The position numbers were made by a program, and so were the translations under genes. Of a stretch of DNA of 64,000 nt, positions 25,897-64,000 are shown piece after piece. The stretch covers positions 55,056,001 through 55,120,000 of the forward strand of contig NC_083277.1 of the NCBI RefSeq assembly GCF_963506605.1, read 5' to 3'. Numbering within the stretch: the stretch's first letter is position 1; each line of letters begins with the position of its first letter. The DNA is from Zootoca vivipara. Lineage: Eukaryota. The notes beneath the pieces are model-generated. The model did no database searches and was not told the origin of the DNA. It worked only from the letters and a program-made list of their open reading frames with translations.

Positions 25897-26770
25897 CCAT
25901 CACTACAAGTGTGCTCCTTGCATGAGACTTTGCAAAATGACTTGTCCATTGCTAACTTACTATTATGTCAGCCATCACAGCTCCCAAAGTGAGCCTTATG
26001 TCAGAGTGTTGATCTGTCAAATGCTGCCAACTTAGATAGGAAGGATCTGCTTTGAGATAACCTTCCAGAGTAACATTAAGGAGGATAAAATACAAGGCAG
26101 TTCTGCTCTTGTCATTAGTTTTTAGTGCAGCAGTGCTCCCCCCATCACACACACACAACATTTGGTCAGACAAAACAATGCCCCCTTAGCCCCTCTTGCT
26201 GTGTGACTCTATTTGGGCTCTTTGCCTCCACCTCCATCCCTCATCACCCTCCAACTCATAGCAAGGCAAAGATCTGAAGACTGCTAAGGCCCCGAGACCC
26301 TCTTCAGGCTTGAGGAAGAACAAGCCCTGGGCCAGCAGTGCAGGACCTGTGTCATCCTTGCTTTAGTAGACACCACTCCACCCACCCACCCCTTGCAACT
26401 TCCTCAGCCTAGGGGGGCAGGAAATGAGACCATGACCCTGATCCCCATTTCTCCGTGTGTTTGCTTAACCAGCTGCCTTAGCACTCCCTTGGAGAGGTAA
26501 ATTTCTCTTTCTTTTATGAAGCCAGCAGAACAAGGGGCCTTTGTTTGTGGGCTTCAGGACAAGGAGGGGCACTGCCAGGTCTAAGGAATCTAACACCTGC
26601 CCCCTTTCTCCCCTCCTGACCCGACTGCTCATAAAACAGGAGCAGAAGAAAATCATTTACCTGGTTGCTTCATAAGCAGGGGGATCTATGGCTCTGTAAA
26701 TCAACAGAGAACAAGCTGTGGATAACTTTACATGCAGTGTCTATACCCCCGTCATTATAGCTTCCCCTAA

Positions 26771-27116
26771 GGGTGGCACTGTGGGTTAAACCACAGAACC
26801 TAGGGCTTGCCAATCAGGTCAGTGGTTTGAATCCCTATGACAGGGTGAGCTCCCGTTGCTCGGTCCCTGCTCCTGTCAACCTAGCAGTTCTATCTAAAGC
26901 ATGTCAAAGTGCAAGTAGATAAATAGGTACCACTACAACAGGAAGGTAAACGGCGTTTCCGTGTGCTGCTCTGGTTCGCCAGAAGCGGCTTTGCCATGCT
27001 GGCCACATGACCTGGAAGTTGTACGCCAGCTCCCTCGGCCAGTAAAGTGAGATGAGCGCCACAACCCCAGAGTTGTCCGCGACTGGACCTAATGGTCAGG
27101 GGTCCCTTTACCTTTA
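26771..27116 (+). mobile_element. Sauria SINE
   Basis: Near full-length homology to 20032-20359; ends ggtccctttaccttta. Confidence 0.92.
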
Positions 27117-28394
27117 AGGCATATGTGGGATGCATGTGGCCATTGTGTGTCTCTCATATTTCTCTTGCCACCATGTTCCATATCCCCTACGTGATCCACC
27201 CTTTTTTGGTTAAAAGGTCCCATTACTCCTATCTTAACAAGTGTCTTGGGTGCCAACACTAAATGGCTACCATGCCAAGACACATAAATAAGTCATGGTA
27301 CGCCATACCAGATAACACTGTTAAAAAAAGAAGCAGCAGTCCTCTGCTAGATTTTCCCAAAGCCTGTCCTTCCTGCCACCCCTGCATGCTGAAATTTAGC
27401 ACTGATCTGGCCAGCTTCCAGCTGTTTATGGTCAGACATTGCTTTACACAGGAACAATGACACGCACAGAGGGTGGCCTCTGCATGCTGGCCTACAAATC
27501 ATAACTGTGCTCCACTGAGATGTTTGTCAGGCTGGGGGAAGTGCAATAGTGGCGGAGACCATGGCACATAGGGATGGCCCAACTGTGCACCCATGCCAAT
27601 GGGAAAATATGGCAAAAGAGCCAAGGATATGGTGTTAACCTAGCACTCAGTCACAGCACACCACCACCTGTGGTGGGGCACCTCTATTCGGAGAATCAGT
27701 CTTTTAGTGTGGAAATACCTACACTTTGGAGCTCCCTGCCTATTGACATCAATCAAGCGCCTTTGCAATATACTTTTCTGCACCAGGTTTAAATATTTTT
27801 GTTTGTGCAGGCCAATCCAGACATGTAAAAGTTGCATGTTTTCTTTTTGCTACTGTCAATTTTAATAATATTTTGAATAGGTCTTGCACACCAATGAAGA
27901 ACTGTGGTGATGGGAAATGGACACACAAAGAAGGTGCCGTGTACAAAGCAGCCTGGCTTCAGAACACAAACAGGACCTTGAGTATATTGCCAACCCTTCT
28001 CTGCCTCAGGACTTGACACACAAACACTCTTGCTCAGGACTTGGATGCTGCCTAGTTCTTTCCATTTCTGGCATGTTGGGGTCATGATGAGGTGGAGATA
28101 CCCCAGCTCGATCTGTGCAAACTGGCTGCCTCCAACCATGAGTGGCATATGCGTGTTGCTTCCAGCACAATTCCAGATTGGTAGGCACTGGGATATGGAG
28201 ATGGGGAAAGTATATGTTATTTTTATGCCACTTCTGTATTGGAATAAATAGCCATTCTGGCAGTGAGCAATCCATAGAAGCGGTTGCAATCTGAAGCTGA
28301 ACCAGTGGAATGTAAAAAAAGAGTCCATCACTTCAGGAGGGAAATGAGGGCATCCTGAAGAGTGTGAGTCAAGGTGAAGGAGTCTTTGAGTTTT

Positions 28395-31300
28395 CAAAAA
28401 CAAAGCCAGTGTTTATTAGCTTGTTCTATCCACAGGAATTTCACATTACAGGTGCGAAATGGCTCTGTGCTTGAATTCATCACAAGGAGCTACTAATCAA
28501 AATCTCCAGATCCCCAGTTTTTGTTACATTTTTGATTTACAATTATTTACAAGAGAAAGTACACGCGTATCACTCAGATTGCAAGGGAAAGGGGGTGTGC
28601 CTGCAAGGATTTTGTGTGTACAAAGAAGTGGGCTCAGGCTTTCCAAATGTGAATGGTGAGCTCTCTTTGTTAACAGCAGGAGGCACAGCACCAGAGACCA
28701 AAGGGCGCACAGTGCAGGCTTCTGGTCTACTCCATCGAGACTGTCCTCTACTCTGCAGACAGAAGTGAGAAGTCCAAGAAATAACCTATTGTCCATCCTA
28801 GCACACCTAGGCTACACATGTAGAGTGATGCAACAGTCTTGGGCACGTTCTTTGCCAATATGTCTTGGGCATGTTATTTGCTACCCTCCGTGACTGCAAT
28901 CCCCGTAAACTACCTGACCTGTTCCTTGCATCAGCAAACAGGTCACTACAATAGGAGATCAAAGTGCTGATATCTAGCAGATGTAAATCGGTTTAATTCC
29001 GCAGGCATTAGCAATGTGGATTAATCCGAACTCAGAATTTGATTCTAATTCTTTGGAGGCATTGAACCTAAAAGCCATAACCACACCAGTCTGAAAGAGG
29101 CATCCAAGAAACAAGAGAACTAAACCCCCTCTGCAACAGCAAAACCTAAGGTGGAAGGCACAGTCACATATTTAGGAAATGCCAATGCCTTAAAAAAAAT
29201 GAAGGGGGAGGCAGAAAAAGGTCATTCAATAGATTTTGTTATAACCAGACAAGCTGAGGTGGGCTCAAGCCTTTCTCAGTCACCCTTTGACCCAGGAGCC
29301 CTCTCCAATTCTGGGCATAGATACTCAGTGGTGAGGAACATGCATTCTGCCCATGCTGAGAGACACTCTATTCTACCCTTTCATATTCCTGGCTTTCAAA
29401 ATAGGTTCATGGGTTGACCAAGCCTGGCTCAGATTAAGACCTGATTATATGTTTTATCATAATCATCTTCTCTGCATGCCAGATCATATTAATGAATTCC
29501 CAAGGTGCCCAAATTATAATATATATGCACAGAACTCTGCCCTGCCCGCACCCCTCCTGTGGATTCAATTTTTTTTCTCCTGTGCTTCTCAGTTCTCTCA
29601 TTGTCCCCTGGCTCTGGGTGGTATTCAACTACCGTATCCTATCCCCACAAGGATTTCTGTGTGTGCAACAGGACTTTCCATCTTCTCCTTCCCCTGTGTC
29701 TGCCCCATGCCTTCCTCAAATATGTTCCAGGGGGCTGGGGGAGCTCCTAGAACAGAATTGGGGGGGGGGAGCGAGAGGGAGAGAATGCTTCATTGCACAC
29801 GCAGAAATCTGTGCCCTGATGGAAGACTCAACCTCTCCCTCTGTATTTTTTTTTAACATGGGATTAATTCCTAGAACAATAATTGGTCATATTCCCAATT
29901 ACACCCATAAACCCTGAAGCCCACCTTAGTAATACAATTGCCTACTCACCATTGTTTATCTCAGAACAAAATGGTGGGAGGTAGGTAGGTAGGTAATGAT
30001 CTCTGTCATGGGGGATACTGCATGCACTGAATGTTTACTAGTCCTTACTTAGCCCATGATATGTGGAATCCATCTTGAAATTAAGCAGAAAGATCACTCA
30101 TAGTTCGACGTTTCCCTCTTTTTGCAAAGGATGCTCCACCCAACCTGTAGCGCATCAAAGTTGCTCATGTGGACTGATGGCAATTCCACAGGAATCCTGA
30201 TGGGAATACTCAGGACCAGACTTTCCAACTTCCACATTGTGTGGCTGGGTAGGCTGGTGTTATCAAACTGAGGAACTGAATTCCTAGCGGGCAAATTAAT
30301 ATTATTTAAATAATAATAAATAACCAGGTTGGATGCCGATTGCTGCACTGGTCAGCGGAGCAGAAGCCAACTGATGCCTAACCCTCTCTGCCACCTCCAA
30401 TCCCATGCTGTCTTTGGCCTTGGAAGTCTCTGACACATGCACTATGGGAGAGTAGCTTTGGTTCATATATACATTACGTCTCCCTGGCATAGCCCACTTG
30501 GATGAGGCCTTCACATCCTTCAAGTAAACTAGCTCAGAAAAGCCAGGTGCCTATGAGAATAGCCATATCCACCTTCCCAACAGCTCTTTTGGTTGTACCA
30601 CAACTTTTACAGACAATATCTCTTGCAGATCATCAGCCAAACAGCACAAGCTGAATCATTATCAAATCATAACATTGTTCCTATGGGTGGGATTAATTTG
30701 CTTCTGAAAGCAGTAGGAGCACTGCATGGACCCATGCATGGAGATCCCTCGGTGAAGCACTTCCTCCTGCCTTAAATAATTCAGACTCCTCAAGACATGA
30801 AGCCTCCATTGTACTTTACACGCAACAGTGTTCTGCCAGAAAATGCGTTGAGGCAGAGAAATGAACAGAGGGGAAGAAAGTGCTCAAGTCTTTGTAGGTG
30901 TAGCAGAGGCTTTTATACACTTCAGGGTAGGTATGCTTAGTGTCTGACAACAGACATTTTCTTCTCCTTTTTAACCAGGTAGAAATGTTTTCAGTGACAG
31001 TAGCACAACATTCTCAGAATTGCCCATGATGATCCAGTCTTGAAGGCTTCTGCTCCAACATTCTGGACCCCCAGATTCCACACAAGACTGCCGTGTCCCA
31101 CTGAGATCCTCCAGAGTGTCAGCTATTTTACAGTACTGCAGATAAAAGGGGGAAGGAAGAGCAAGCTGCCAGCGGGACGCCTCCAAACTCCTCGCTGTCA
31201 CACACTGAGGTGAGACTGCATCACCCACATATTATGTACAACCTACAAATAAATATTGTCTTGAGGGGGAGCAGGGCGTGTTTGTGTGTGTGTTTGTCTG

Positions 31301-31414
31301 TGTGTTTGTGTGTGTGTATATATATATATTTATATATATATATTTATAGATATTTTAATATTAAAATGGAGGGGGGAAATATAGCACTGTCATTTCATAG
31401 TCCCTTGTCAAGTT
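28395..31414 (-). other. SEMA3F: Putative SEMA3F 3' UTR (about 3 kb) ending at AATAAA 28412-28417
   Basis: Minus-strand AATAAA followed by a GT/T-rich tract (ctggctttgtttttg); AU-rich tgtaaata elements just upstream. Confidence 0.5.
31278..31352. repeat. Compound (TG)n(TA)n microsatellite in the SEMA3F 3' UTR
   Basis: Imperfect TG run followed by a TA run. Confidence 0.85.
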
Positions 31415-63593
<32,179 letters not shown>

Positions 63594-64000
63594 CTGAGGA
63601 GAGGAGGAGCAGAGAGTTAGCGCTGGCAGGGTGACCTGCCAGAGAAGCAGGAATGGCAGGGTATGGCCAGAGAATGCAGCATGCAGAAGTCTTTTGTCTC
63701 TCTCAAATACATACATACTTCTATGGAGATCAAAATCCCCTCGTCAAATATTTATGACCTGTATTTAGTCTGAATGTGTATCTGCATGTTCGGTTTGACT
63801 TTATGTAGAACTATGCATTCACTCCCCAAAACATATTGCCTCTGCTGCTAAAATTAGTGGGATGGGGTTGGGGGGGGGGGGAAGGCAGAAATCAAGACCC
63901 TGAAATGAGGTTTAGTTACTCCTGCTAAACAAGAAGAGCATTTACAAAAGTGGTTTTCAATTGGTTTTCCTATTTCCTAGTTGTTGTCAGAAGATAAAAT

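Noticed and set aside
27789-28403. 204-aa minus-strand ORF
   Set aside because: Non-ATG start, no domain, random composition; lies just past the presumed SEMA3F polyA site
29978-29984. let-7 seed match in the SEMA3F 3' UTR
   Set aside because: Part of an (AGGT)n run, so likely coincidental without conservation data

Overview
Eukaryotic genomic DNA from a squamate reptile, most likely a lacertid lizard (Podarcis-type Sauria SINEs, BovB and Squam-like SINEs). The window holds three split genes. GNAI2 (+) contributes its last three coding exons plus a non-coding terminal exon. The complete rod transducin alpha gene GNAT1 (-) has 8 coding exons totalling 1053 bp (350 aa), is intact, and sits tail-to-tail with GNAI2. 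SEMA3F (-) contributes 14 exons through to the stop, including a 90-bp version of the alternatively spliced sema-domain insert exon. All coding exon boundaries were read by hand: they are GT-AG and phase-consistent. Introns carry many SINEs, hAT and Tc1/mariner MITEs, LINE fragments and microsatellites. The most unusual structure is a single TSD-flanked BovB insertion with LINE 3' tails at both ends (131-bp inverted arms and a fold-back junction). Also notable are an intact but divergent GNAT1, divergent CTCF motifs bracketing most of GNAT1 and its promoter, and a possible micro/poison exon in SEMA3F. Nearly all ORFs in the supplied track are spurious. I found no convincing new multi-gene system. 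Comparisons to human sequences, exon numbering and repeat consensus sequences are from memory and need alignment to confirm.
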